NCBI GenBank assembly: GCA_049969455.1
Contig: JBMFOW010000001.1
Span: 1-46,582 of the forward strand
Length of the DNA stretch: 46,582 nucleotides
Reading direction: 5' to 3'
Source of the DNA: a bacterium
Lineage (GTDB): Bacteria > DRYD01
Within the stretch, counting starts at the first letter, position 1. Every line of letters begins with the position of its first letter. Both the position numbers and the translations under genes were made by a program. This document shows, one piece after another, positions 8,098 to 17,603 of this stretch. Below the pieces are notes generated by a model. It worked only from the letters and a program-made list of their open reading frames with translations. It had not been told where the DNA came from and did no database searches.

Positions 8098-10239
8098 TTA
8101 AACATTAGTTTGAATATTAGCAGTTATTATCTGAATATTCTTAACCTGATAATTGTGAGCTATTTCTGCATAAGAAATAACAAAAATTTGCCCGAAATTT
8201 CTTTCTATTATCTTTCTAAAATGTCTTCTAACAGTAGGAGAAGTTATAATAATAGGTTGATAACCATTATTAGAAGCATACCTTAAAAACTCAGCAACAG
8301 ACATTAATAAACTTTGACTAATATTAGGATCTAATACAGGAAAAGTTCCGAATTCTGTTTTTTGAAGATTTTGTAAAATAACTTGTTCTACAGAAGGATC
8401 TAAAGCTGCACCATATATAACATTATCTTTAGCTAACATATCAGAAATAGCAGGAGCTAACGCTATCCTAACATATTCTGTTAATTCATAAATATCTTTA
8501 GTATATCTTACCGCATCTGCTAAAGATTCTATTATTGTAACTAAATCTCTAACAGGAATCTTTTCTCTTAATAAATTTTGTAAAACCTTTTGAACTTCAC
8601 CAATAGAAATAAGCTCAGGAATAACATCTTTTACAACAGCAGGATGAGTTTTCTTTAAGTTTTCTATTAATAAACTAGTTTCTTGTCTTCCTAAAACTTC
8701 TGCTGCATTATTTTTAATAACTTCAGTTAAATGAGAAGCAATAACAGAAACAGGATCAAATAACATACATCCTAATTTTTCTGCTTGTGGCTTTTCCGCT
8801 GGCTCTATCCAAACTCCAGGTAACCCATAAGCAGGATCTACTGTGGTTATACCATTTAGTTGCTTTATAACATTTTCTGGACCTATAGCCAAAAATTTAT
8901 TTATATGAGCTTCCCCTTGACCTACTTTAACTCCCTTTATTTTAATAACATACATCGTAGGTTTTAAATCCATATTGTCTTTAACTTGTACTCCAGGCAT
9001 AATTATCCCTACTTCTTTTGCTATAGCAATTCTAACAGATGGGATTCTTTCAAGTAATTTTTTACCTTGTGCTTCATCAACTAAACCTAACAACATTCTA
9101 CCAAGCTCTAAAGATAAAGTCTCTACAGTAGTATAAACCATAGCAGTTTCAGGTTTTCTTTGTTCTTCTTTCCTTTGTTCCTTTTGGATTTCTTGCTTTT
9201 GTACTTCTACCTCAACTTGCTTATTTTCAGCTTTAGTTGATAAATAGTAAAATAAAGCAGCAAAACCTAATAAGAAATGCCAAGGTAATCCCATTCCAAA
9301 TAAAGACATTAAAGCTAAAAATGCGGAAGCACCTGCTGCTATTTTTAAAGCTTTAGGTTGTCCAGTTAGTTGTGAAATAACATCTTCCCCTAAGTTAGAC
9401 TCAGAAGCAGCACGAGAAACTATTATACCCATAGCAGTTGATACTAAAAATGAAGGTAATATAGAAACTAATCCGTTACCAACAGTTAATATAGTATATG
9501 TTTGTAAGATATCAACTATTCCTTTAAATTCATTTCTGAAATAAGTAAATCCCATAACGATACCACCAATTATACTAATAGCTAGTATTATAATATTAGC
9601 AATAGTATCACCTTTAACGAATTTACCTACACCATCCATAGCACCATAGAAATCAGTTTCTCTTTCTATATCTCTTCTTCTTTTTTTAGCTTCGTCAGGA
9701 GTAATCAATCCTGCATGTAACTCTCCATCAATAGCCATTTGTTTACCTGGCATAGCATCTAAGGTAAATCTTGCAGCAACTTGAGCTATTCTTTCAGCAC
9801 CCTGAGTTATTACTATAAATTGTACCACTACTATCATTAAAAACAGAACAAAACCAATCACTAAATTACCTCCAGCAACAAATTTTGCAAAAGTAGGAAT
9901 AACATGCCCAGCCCCTATAGGTTCTCCACTAACAGGATCTTTAATATGTCCTCTTGCTAAAATTAATCTAGTAGCAGCTATATTAAGTCCTAACCTAAAT
10001 ATAGTTTCAACCAATACAATAGTAGGAAAAACTGCAAAATCCAATGGACTTTTTACATAAACTGACATCAATATAATTAATATAGCTACTATTAAATCAG
10101 TTATTAATAGCATATCCAAAAGCCATTCAGGTAATTCTACTATTATTAATAAAACTGCTAATAATATAGCAATAGGAATAAATAAATCCAAAGGTACCCT
10201 TTGATTACCTATCATCACTGCTTGATTAGAACCTATCAT
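8098..10239 (-). CDS. flhA: Flagellar-type III secretion export gate protein FlhA
   Basis: 713 aa. FHIPEP core: VITQGAERIAQVAARFTLDAMPGKQMAIDGELHAGLI and DFYGAMDGVGKFVKGD. A charged linker and a C-terminal cytoplasmic domain follow. Confidence 0.9.
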   Translation of the reverse strand: MIGSNQAVMIGNQRVPLDLFIPIAILLAVLLIIVELPEWLLDMLLITDLIVAILIILMSVYVKSPLDFAVFPTIVLVETIFRLGLNIAATRLILARGHIKDPVSGEPIGAGHVIPTFAKFVAGGNLVIGFVLFLMIVVVQFIVITQGAERIAQVAARFTLDAMPGKQMAIDGELHAGLITPDEAKKRRRDIERETDFYGAMDGVGKFVKGDTIANIIILAISIIGGIVMGFTYFRNEFKGIVDILQTYTILTVGNGLVSILPSFLVSTAMGIIVSRAASESNLGEDVISQLTGQPKALKIAAGASAFLALMSLFGMGLPWHFLLGFAALFYYLSTKAENKQVEVEVQKQEIQKEQRKEEQRKPETAMVYTTVETLSLELGRMLLGLVDEAQGKKLLERIPSVRIAIAKEVGIIMPGVQVKDNMDLKPTMYVIKIKGVKVGQGEAHINKFLAIGPENVIKQLNGITTVDPAYGLPGVWIEPAEKPQAEKLGCMLFDPVSVIASHLTEVIKNNAAEVLGRQETSLLIENLKKTHPAVVKDVIPELISIGEVQKVLQNLLREKIPVRDLVTIIESLADAVRYTKDIYELTEYVRIALAPAISDMLAKDNVIYGAALDPSVEQVILQNLQKTEFGTFPVLDPNISQSLLMSVAEFLRYASNNGYQPIIITSPTVRRHFRKIIERNFGQIFVISYAEIAHNYQVKNIQIITANIQTNV

Positions 10240-10288
10240 AATTTTCCTCCATTATAATTTAAAAAGTAAATTTTTAATTTATAAATCT

Positions 10289-11377
10289 TTAACTTAGCAG
10301 CTTTTTTTTCTTTTTCATTTTATAAACAAAAGCTAGTACTTCAGCAGTAGCTTGATATAATTCAGGTGGAATAAAATCATCAACTTTACATTTTTGATAT
10401 AATAATTGAGCTAATTCTATATTTTCAACAATAGGTATATCATTTTTTTCTGCTTCTTTTTTAATAAGTTCTGCAAAATATCTTTCACCTTTGGCAACAA
10501 CTTTAGGTGCTTTCATTACTCCATGTTCATATTTAATAGCAACTGCGTAATGTACAGGATTAGTAACAACAGCTGAAGCTTCAGCTACCCTACTTATTCC
10601 TCCTCCCATAGCTAACTGCCTAGCCATTTGTCTTCTCTTACCCTTAATATGAGGGTCTCCTTCTTGTTCTTTATATTCATCTTTTAATTCTTTAAAAGAC
10701 ATTCTCATATCCTTCATAAAGAAAGCACGTTGAACATAAAAATCAAAAGCAGCAAGAACAATAAAAGCTCCAATAACTTGCCATACTAGTTTCTCTATTA
10801 TTTTCCTAGCTTCAATTAATAAAGGTATAAAATCTACTCCTCTTGGAAAGTTTATAAAAAATAACATAGAAGATTTTATTGTTAAATATACTAAGTACCC
10901 TATTAACCCTATTTTTAAAATATTTTTAAATAACTCAACAACAGTTTTTTTAGAAAATATTTTTTTAAATCCACTAACAGGATTAATTTTATCAAATTTA
11001 GGAGATAAGGGCTCAAAGGTAAATAAGAATCCAATTTGAGCAAGATTCCCTATCAATCCTGCAATAAAAGCTACAACTAATATTGGTAATAATACTAATA
11101 AGAAAGTAGTAAGTGCTTTATAAAGTAAAGATGCAGCAAAAATTATAACATTATCAGTATTAGCTGCATTTAGAAATAAATCAGGTTTATAAATATCTAC
11201 ACTAAAGTTTCTAATATTAAGAGCCATCATCTTTGATACTGAAAATAAAGTTGCAAAAACTAATAACATAGATACAAACATAACAACATCTTGACTTTTT
11301 AATACTTGACCTTTTTTACGGGCTTCTTGTAATTTATGCTCTGTTGGCTCTTCCGTTTTATCAGCGTCATCTGACAT
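10289..11377 (-). CDS. flhB: Flagellar-type III secretion export protein FlhB
   Basis: 362 aa. N-terminus DKTEEPTEHKLQEARKKGQVLKSQD, four TM helices, and the autocleavage region VVTNPVHYAVAIKY (NPVH in place of the usual NPTH). Strong SD AGGAGGG upstream. Confidence 0.9.
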   Translation of the reverse strand: MSDDADKTEEPTEHKLQEARKKGQVLKSQDVVMFVSMLLVFATLFSVSKMMALNIRNFSVDIYKPDLFLNAANTDNVIIFAASLLYKALTTFLLVLLPILVVAFIAGLIGNLAQIGFLFTFEPLSPKFDKINPVSGFKKIFSKKTVVELFKNILKIGLIGYLVYLTIKSSMLFFINFPRGVDFIPLLIEARKIIEKLVWQVIGAFIVLAAFDFYVQRAFFMKDMRMSFKELKDEYKEQEGDPHIKGKRRQMARQLAMGGGISRVAEASAVVTNPVHYAVAIKYEHGVMKAPKVVAKGERYFAELIKKEAEKNDIPIVENIELAQLLYQKCKVDDFIPPELYQATAEVLAFVYKMKKKKKLLS

Positions 11378-11567
11378 ACCTTTACATCCCTCCTAAAAAT
11401 AATAAAATAATTTAAATAATAAACAAAATACCCTTTTTATTTAATTATAATATTTTTTTTGAATTTCCTCTTAGGAATTCATAAAAAATTTACAATTTTT
11501 TTACAAACTAAATATATTTAATTAAAATTAATTAAAATCAATAAAAAACTTAGCTTTTAGAAATTTA

Positions 11568-12257
11568 TTATTTAGATACCAATAATTCTTTTAAATCAAT
11601 AAAAGAATTAAAATCCATAATAAGAGGTTTAGAATTAGTTTGTTTTTCTATTAATTCTTTAAATTCATTAACATTGACTTTAATTAAATCAAAGGTATTA
11701 TAGTGCATAGGGATAACGTATTTAGGTTCAATCATTTTAGTAGCTAAAACTGCTTCTTCTATATCCATAGTAAAATATCCACCAATAGGTAACATTGCAA
11801 TATCTATATTATAATTTTTAAGTAATTGCATTTCAACAGTTAAACAAGTATCACCAGCATGATAAAAAGTAAATCCATTAAAATTAATAACAATACCAGT
11901 AGCAACACCAGCATAAGTACCTTCAGGAGTAGAGGAACCATGAAAAGCAGGGACAAATTTAATATATCCCCAATTAAATTTTATTTTCCCTCCCATATAT
12001 GCTCCATTAGCTTTAGCACCTTTAGATGCTAAATAATTAGCTAATTCAAAATTAGCAAAAACTTGAGCATTATATTTTTTAGATAATTCTACTACATCTG
12101 CTATATGATCAAAATGTCCATGAGTAACTAAAATAAGATCAATATTTAAATTTAATTCCTTAGCTAAAGGATTACCATTAAAAAATGGATCTATTAAAAT
12201 AGTATAATTATTATCATTAATAGCAAAAGTAGAGTGAGCAACATAATATAATTTCAT
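11568..12257 (-). CDS. UPF0173-family MBL-fold metal-dependent hydrolase
   Basis: 229 aa. Motifs YVAHSTFAI, LVTHGHFDHI, YHAGDT and IPMHYNTF. Confidence 0.8.
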   Translation of the reverse strand: MKLYYVAHSTFAINDNNYTILIDPFFNGNPLAKELNLNIDLILVTHGHFDHIADVVELSKKYNAQVFANFELANYLASKGAKANGAYMGGKIKFNWGYIKFVPAFHGSSTPEGTYAGVATGIVINFNGFTFYHAGDTCLTVEMQLLKNYNIDIAMLPIGGYFTMDIEEAVLATKMIEPKYVIPMHYNTFDLIKVNVNEFKELIEKQTNSKPLIMDFNSFIDLKELLVSK

Positions 12258-12284
12258 AATTAGTACCTCCTTATACTTTATTTT

Positions 12285-13001
12285 TTATTTTTTAAATAAA
12301 TTATCATCTAAAGGTATATTTAGTTTATAATTATAAAAATTAGAAACTAAAGAAGCTTGTACTTTTGGAAAATCAAAATAAACTTCTTGATAAATTGGTA
12401 AATAATATTTATCTATTTTAGAATATTTTTGATCAATGGTAATCTTACCACCATCTTTATAATAAATAATTGATTTAGGAATAGTATAATTAAAAAAATC
12501 AACAAACATTAATACATTTTTAATAGCTCTACTTTTTATAGGTTCCATATATAGAACATAAACCTTAGTATTTGCATAATTTCTTACAGAAATAACTTTA
12601 GATTTATATTTTTCTTTATATATTTTAGAAACCATACCAGGAACAGAAGTTTGAGTAAAAGATAGTCTATATTTTTCCTGTACATCTTCTGGTAAATCTT
12701 TAAGCTTTAAGTATAATTTATCAGGTTCCTTATAATACACTTCACCATTAAAATTAAAACTTAATCCAAAATTAATAACATTTGCATTTATTTTTATATC
12801 AGCTTTATAAGAATTAAGCCCATATACACTAAGAGACATTCTATCCAAAATTTCATTAGCATTAATATAAACAGATTCTCCTAAAACATTTTTAAAATTC
12901 AAAAAGATAATTTCAATTAAAATTAATATAAAAAATAATATAAATAACCAGCTATATTTATTTTTATTTTTAGTTTTATTTTCAGTTTTATAGATTTTCA
13001 A
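12285..13001 (-). CDS. Hypothetical N-terminally anchored protein (possible LolA-like / lipoprotein-sorting fold)
   Basis: 238 aa with a TTG start and one N-terminal TM helix (WLFILFFILILIEIIFL). The beta-rich remainder, with GEVYYKEPDKLYLKL, resembles LolA-like domains. This is recollection only. Confidence 0.4.
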   Translation of the reverse strand: MKIYKTENKTKNKNKYSWLFILFFILILIEIIFLNFKNVLGESVYINANEILDRMSLSVYGLNSYKADIKINANVINFGLSFNFNGEVYYKEPDKLYLKLKDLPEDVQEKYRLSFTQTSVPGMVSKIYKEKYKSKVISVRNYANTKVYVLYMEPIKSRAIKNVLMFVDFFNYTIPKSIIYYKDGGKITIDQKYSKIDKYYLPIYQEVYFDFPKVQASLVSNFYNYKLNIPLDDNLFKK

Positions 13002-13025
13002 GTTTAACTTACCTCCTTAATTAAA

Positions 13026-13784
13026 TTATGATTTTTCTTTAGTATGTTTATATAAATTAGGAGTTTCTTTAATAGGTGGATTTTCAGTTAATTCTTTTAC
13101 TTTTTTTACAACATAATAGGATTCAGTAAAAGGATGTGGTATAATTCTTTCATGAAAGAAATCTTTTCTTAGAGGGAAACCTTGCCATTCATCAGGCATT
13201 AATATTCTCTTTAAAGGTTTGTTTAATGGCCTATTTTTAAAAATTATTCCAAAGAAATCATAGGTTTCCCTTTCATGCCAATCAGCTGTATAAAATATAT
13301 CAGCTATACTATCAATATTAAGATCATCTCTATCTAAAACAACAATGATCCTTATCCTCTTAGTATATTGATTATTTAAAATCAAATTATCATTAACTTT
13401 ATATTCAGAATATTCTAAAGCTAATTCATCTAAATTAGATTTAATGGGAATAGAAGTAAATTCATAAACAACATGCATTAAATTATCTAATGGATAATCT
13501 ATAGCTGTTATGTAATTAAGATAATTAAAATTTAGTTCATTTTTTAAAAATAAAACAAAATCTTTTAATATATCTCTATTTTTCAGTATAATAATAGGAT
13601 AAACCCTAGATAACCAATCGTAAGTTCCATAAGGAACTACTACATCCTCTTTAAATTTTTCTTCTATTTTTTTAGTTAAATCAATTTTAATTTTTTCTAA
13701 TATTTCTATCCTATTATCAAATAATTTATTTCTTAAATCTTCTTTTTCTTTATGGTTTTTATCTTTTAGTTCCCATAAAAACAT
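13026..13784 (-). CDS. NuoC-like protein (complex I 30-kDa subunit family domain), orphan
   Basis: 252 aa. The C-terminal signature YTADWHERETYDFFGIIF...LKRILMPDEWQGFPLRKDF matches the NuoC/Nqo5 family motif. SD TAAGGGGG lies upstream of the ATG. Confidence 0.7.
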   Translation of the reverse strand: MFLWELKDKNHKEKEDLRNKLFDNRIEILEKIKIDLTKKIEEKFKEDVVVPYGTYDWLSRVYPIIILKNRDILKDFVLFLKNELNFNYLNYITAIDYPLDNLMHVVYEFTSIPIKSNLDELALEYSEYKVNDNLILNNQYTKRIRIIVVLDRDDLNIDSIADIFYTADWHERETYDFFGIIFKNRPLNKPLKRILMPDEWQGFPLRKDFFHERIIPHPFTESYYVVKKVKELTENPPIKETPNLYKHTKEKS

Positions 13785-13820
13785 TTACTAAACCCCCTTA
13801 TATTTTATAGAATGAAAAAT

Positions 13821-15506
13821 TTAATCATTTATTAAAGGTACTTTTTTAATATATTCATAAAAATCAAAATCAGTATTTACTTCTATTTCTTTATCTCTTA
13901 AATTTGTCAAAATAAAAGAAGCTAAAATATTAAATAAATAAATTAAATTGGGATTATTTTTTAATTTTTCATTTAAAAATTCAAAAACAAATTTAATTTT
14001 TTCCGGATATTTCATAATAAAATTTGTAATATTACTAAAAATATAAACATAATTTCCCAAAACTAAATTAACAAAAAATAAAACTTCAAGATCAGGTAAA
14101 TCCATTAGATTATATTTATTTAAAAGAATAATTTCTTTAGCCATTTTCTTTATATTTTCAAAATCATTATAAAATATTAGAAATTTCATAATCAAAATAG
14201 ATAAATTCTTATCTAAAAGAATATCATTAAAAAGATTATTAAAAAAGTAGTATATTAATTCTTTATATTCAATCAAATCGGTTTTATTTAATAAACTTTC
14301 AAGTATATTTAAGACTTTATTTTTAATAATTGATAAATCTAAGATTTTATAATTATTTACAATAATTTTAGATACTAATTCGCTTGATTTTGAATTCAAT
14401 ATACAATTATTAAGTAATATTTTTTGTTCTTCAGGATTTAAAAACACCAATGATTCCTTAATTAAAGTATAACTTATTTCTATATTATTAAACTTATTTA
14501 AATTAGTAATAATATTTTTTGATAATTCATAAATATCTAATAATTCTTTAGATTTAGCTAATTCTAAAGTAACAATATAATCTTTAATTATATCTGTTTT
14601 ATTTTTATCATCAATATTATCAAAATTTTCAAATATCTTAGAATAGATTTTTAAAATTAATGATAAATTTTTTTTATCTTCTACTAAAAGTTTTATAGAA
14701 GGTAAAATTTCAATTATTTTAGAAATAATTTTAGATAAACTATCAGCTTTGGTAATAGCCTTATCAATAATACCTAAAGCCTCAGCCCAAATAACATTAA
14801 ATTCATTTTGTATTAATAAATTAGCTAATATTTCAATTATTTTTTCTATCTTATCTTTCTTATTTAACAAAACACTATATTTATCTACTATCCATACAAC
14901 TTTATAATACTTTATTGCTTTAGATAAAAGATATTCCAATTCATCTAACTTAGAATTCTCTTCTAAAAAATTAGTCAACTTTTTAACATAATATATACCC
15001 CCATTAATTTTAGATAATCTTCCCAAAAATAAATCAATTAACTTCTCAAAAATTATATTACTTGAATTACTTTTTACAAAATATTTTATAAAATCAAATA
15101 GTTTATCATAATTCTCTTCTTGCTTAAAAACTAATTCAATATAAGTATTTAAGTCTTCTCTTTTTATTGTACCTTCTAGATTATTTTTAAATAAAAATAA
15201 TAAATAATCATATAACAATTCAATATCTTTACTGAAATTAGATAAATAATTTAAAACAGCTTCGTTTATTTTTAGCAAGACTTCTTTATCTAAGTTAGCT
15301 TGATTTAATAAAACTAATAAATATAATTTTACAAAAGGATTTTTTTTATTTATTTGATCATTAATAATTTCTAAAACTTTAATAGGATTTGTTGAAAATA
15401 AAATATTTATATTTATTTCATCTATTATATCCTTCTCTTTTATATCTTTTTCTTTTAAATTATTTAATTTATTATCCATAGTTTTCATGAAACTATTTTG
15501 AGACAC
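13821..15506 (-). CDS. Hypothetical all-helical repeat protein (start uncertain)
   Basis: 561-aa ORF, L/I/K/N/E-rich, with no TM helix and no recognised motif. Start candidates are GTG 15506 and ATG 15488. A strong SD at 15540-15548 is followed only by an in-frame ATA. Confidence 0.55.
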   Translation of the reverse strand: MSQNSFMKTMDNKLNNLKEKDIKEKDIIDEININILFSTNPIKVLEIINDQINKKNPFVKLYLLVLLNQANLDKEVLLKINEAVLNYLSNFSKDIELLYDYLLFLFKNNLEGTIKREDLNTYIELVFKQEENYDKLFDFIKYFVKSNSSNIIFEKLIDLFLGRLSKINGGIYYVKKLTNFLEENSKLDELEYLLSKAIKYYKVVWIVDKYSVLLNKKDKIEKIIEILANLLIQNEFNVIWAEALGIIDKAITKADSLSKIISKIIEILPSIKLLVEDKKNLSLILKIYSKIFENFDNIDDKNKTDIIKDYIVTLELAKSKELLDIYELSKNIITNLNKFNNIEISYTLIKESLVFLNPEEQKILLNNCILNSKSSELVSKIIVNNYKILDLSIIKNKVLNILESLLNKTDLIEYKELIYYFFNNLFNDILLDKNLSILIMKFLIFYNDFENIKKMAKEIILLNKYNLMDLPDLEVLFFVNLVLGNYVYIFSNITNFIMKYPEKIKFVFEFLNEKLKNNPNLIYLFNILASFILTNLRDKEIEVNTDFDFYEYIKKVPLIND

Positions 15507-15602
15507 AAGACTTTGGGTAAGTTTAGATGTTATCCAAAATCCCCCCTTATAACTACAAATGTATAGCCTATATCAATATAATCACTCATTTACTATAAAA
15601 AT

Positions 15603-16034
15603 TCAAACATTAAGATAAGATTTCAAAATAAAGAATGCAGATAATCCATCAATTCTACTTTTTAATCTACTTTTATTATTTTCCTTATTTTTTAAATTAA
15701 TATAATTAACTAACTGATTAGCTAGAAATGTAGTATATTCTTCTTCAATATAATCAATATCAATTGAGATATTATTTTTCTTTAAAAACTCAAATAATTT
15801 TTTAGAAAAATTAAGTATTTCATTAAAAATAGGGGCTTCTTGATAAGTTTTAGTAAAAACTGGTTTTCCTATAACTATTTTCTTTATATCATATCTTAAA
15901 ATGATTTCCTTGATTTTATCAAAAATAAGAGAGTCATTAGAAAAAGTACCTATAACTGTTATATTTTTTGAAATAATATTAGCAATAGCTAAACCTATTT
16001 TTTTTTTACCCCAATCTATACCTAAAATTCTCAT
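15603..16034 (-). CDS. ruvX: Holliday junction resolvase-like / pre-16S rRNA nuclease RuvX (YqgF)
   Basis: 143 aa. N-terminus MRILGIDWGKKKIGLAIAN and C-terminus DGLSAFFILKSYL are typical of the YqgF family. Confidence 0.85.
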   Translation of the reverse strand: MRILGIDWGKKKIGLAIANIISKNITVIGTFSNDSLIFDKIKEIILRYDIKKIVIGKPVFTKTYQEAPIFNEILNFSKKLFEFLKKNNISIDIDYIEEEYTTFLANQLVNYINLKNKENNKSRLKSRIDGLSAFFILKSYLNV

Positions 16035-16058
16035 ATTTATTTTTTTATATTTTAGATT

Positions 16059-16430
16059 TTATTTTTTCTTGGTACCAATTCTATTAGGTCTAGGGCCTTT
16101 TCTAGTTCTAGCATTAGTTCTTGTTCTTTGACCTCTTACAGGTAATCCTTTTTGATGCCTAATTCCTCTATAACATCTAATTTCAATTAATCTTCTTATA
16201 TTTTGATTTATCTCTCTTCTTAAATCTCCTTCAACAACATAATTATTATCAATAAATTGCTGTATTTTAGAAACTTCTTCAGGAGTTAAATCTTTAGCTT
16301 TTTTATAAGGATCTATATTACAAGCTTTTAATATCTCCATTGCTCTTGTTTTACCTATACCATAAATATATCTTAAAGAAATCCAAAGTTGTTTATTTTC
16401 AGGTATATTAACACCAGATATACGAGGCAT
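16059..16430 (-). CDS. rpsM: 30S ribosomal protein S13
   Basis: [10 protein letters not shown]...YIYGIGKT...[34 protein letters not shown] upstream. Confidence 0.97.
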   Translation of the reverse strand: MPRISGVNIPENKQLWISLRYIYGIGKTRAMEILKACNIDPYKKAKDLTPEEVSKIQQFIDNNYVVEGDLRREINQNIRRLIEIRCYRGIRHQKGLPVRGQRTRTNARTRKGPRPNRIGTKKK

Positions 16431-16446
16431 AATCTAAACTCCTCCT

Positions 16447-16560
16447 TTAACCTTGTACTTGTTTATGTTTTTTATTTTTACAAATAACTCTGATCTTTCC
16501 TTTCCTTTTTATAACTTTACAATAAGCACAGATTTTTTTTACACTAGCCCTTACTTTCAT
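16447..16560 (-). CDS. rpmJ: 50S ribosomal protein L36
   Basis: Not in the ORF track (37 aa). Manual translation gives [37 protein letters not shown] with the CxxC...C...H zinc motif. SD TAGGAGGGG upstream. Confidence 0.93.
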   Translation of the reverse strand: MKVRASVKKICAYCKVIKRKGKIRVICKNKKHKQVQG

Positions 16561-16602
16561 AATTAAAACCCCTCCTATAAACAAAAAACTATTGATATTT
16601 TA

Positions 16603-17172
16603 TTATTTACCTTTAGCTCCTTTCTTACTTTCCTTTAAAACTAATTCTTCATCAGCATACCTAACACCTTTTCCTTTATAAGAATCTGGTTTTCTAAAAT
16701 TTCTTATATTAGCAGCTACTTGACCTACTAATTCTTTATCCAATCCTTCTACAACTACCTTCTGATTACCTTCTACTTTTAATAAAATACCTTCAGGAGG
16801 ATAATAAATAACAGGATGAGAATAACCAACTAATAACTCTATTCCTTTATCCTTTTGATTAACTTTCCATCCTAAACCAACAACTAATAATTCCTTCTTA
16901 AATCCTTCATTAACACCTTTTACCATAGAATTAATAATACTCCAAGCAGTTCCTAACATTTTATTAACAAATCTATCAACCTTCTTGTTAGGTATATTAT
17001 CTTGCTTCTTAGAAATAAATATATTATTATCTTTAAGATCTATTTTAATATAATTTAAATTTAATTTTTTAGAAACTTTGCCTTTAGGACCACTAACAAT
17101 AACTTCATTTTCCTTTACTTCTATAGTAGTATTTTTAGGTAAAATAATAGGTTTTTTTATAAGCTTAGACAT
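16603..17172 (-). CDS. rplF: 50S ribosomal protein L6
   Basis: 189 aa. MSKLIKKPIILPKN..., GPKGKVS, and FRKPDSYKGKGVRYADE near the C-terminus. Confidence 0.95.
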   Translation of the reverse strand: MSKLIKKPIILPKNTTIEVKENEVIVSGPKGKVSKKLNLNYIKIDLKDNNIFISKKQDNIPNKKVDRFVNKMLGTAWSIINSMVKGVNEGFKKELLVVGLGWKVNQKDKGIELLVGYSHPVIYYPPEGILLKVEGNQKVVVEGLDKELVGQVAANIRNFRKPDSYKGKGVRYADEELVLKESKKGAKGK

Positions 17173-17193
17173 AATACTACCCCCTTAATATTA

Positions 17194-17589
17194 TTAATAA
17201 ATATAACCAATAACTTCTCCTCCTACTTTTTCTTTGTAAGCATCTTTATGAGACATAACACCTTTAGAAGTAGAAATAATAGTAATACCTATTCCTTTAA
17301 AAACTTGTGGTATATTATCATAAGGAGCATAAATCCTCCTACCTGGCTTACTTATTCTTATCAATTCATTAATAACACTCTTACCTTTATAATACTTTAA
17401 ATAAACAACAAAATCATACATATAATCATTAATAGGTTCTATTTTATAATCTAATATAATACCTTCTTTTTTAAGAACATCTAATATCTTCTTTTTAAAA
17501 TTAGATCCAGGAATTTTAACAGATTCTTTTTTTCTAGTAATAGCATTTTTAATTCTAGCAAACATATCAGCAATTGGATCAGTAATCAT
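17194..17589 (-). CDS. rpsH: 30S ribosomal protein S8
   Basis: The canonical N-terminus MITDPIADMFARIKNA begins at ATG 17589, preceded by SD AAGGGGG at 9-nt spacing. The track ORF extends to a TTG at 17610 that overlaps rpsN. Confidence 0.95.
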   Translation of the reverse strand: MITDPIADMFARIKNAITRKKESVKIPGSNFKKKILDVLKKEGIILDYKIEPINDYMYDFVVYLKYYKGKSVINELIRISKPGRRIYAPYDNIPQVFKGIGITIISTSKGVMSHKDAYKEKVGGEVIGYIY

Positions 17590-17603
17590 AATAAATAACC
17601 CCC

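Noticed and set aside
8098-11377. FlhA/FlhB as injectisome SctV/SctU
   Set aside because: ARFTLDAMPGKQMAID and DFYGAMDG match the flagellar versions rather than the SctV-type ARFSLDGMPGKQMSID / MFGSMDG remembered for LcrD/YscV. No other injectisome gene is nearby. A phylogeny would be needed for certainty.
11461-11480. Imperfect palindrome GAATTTCCTCTTAGGAATTC upstream of flhB as a terminator for the MBL hydrolase gene
   Set aside because: The T-run precedes the hairpin on both strands rather than following it, and the stem is AT-rich with a bulge. It could be an operator, but nothing supports that.
15504-15605. Possible TGA recoding: the ruvX stop (TGA) is in the same frame as the next ORF, with three TGAs and no TAA/TAG in the 99-nt gap
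   Set aside because: RuvX ends at its natural family C-terminus (...ILKSYLNV). All long conserved genes are full length under the standard code. The chance of a TAA/TAG-free 33-codon stretch is a few percent, and part of that stretch is guaranteed by how ORFs are delimited. It is judged a coincidence.
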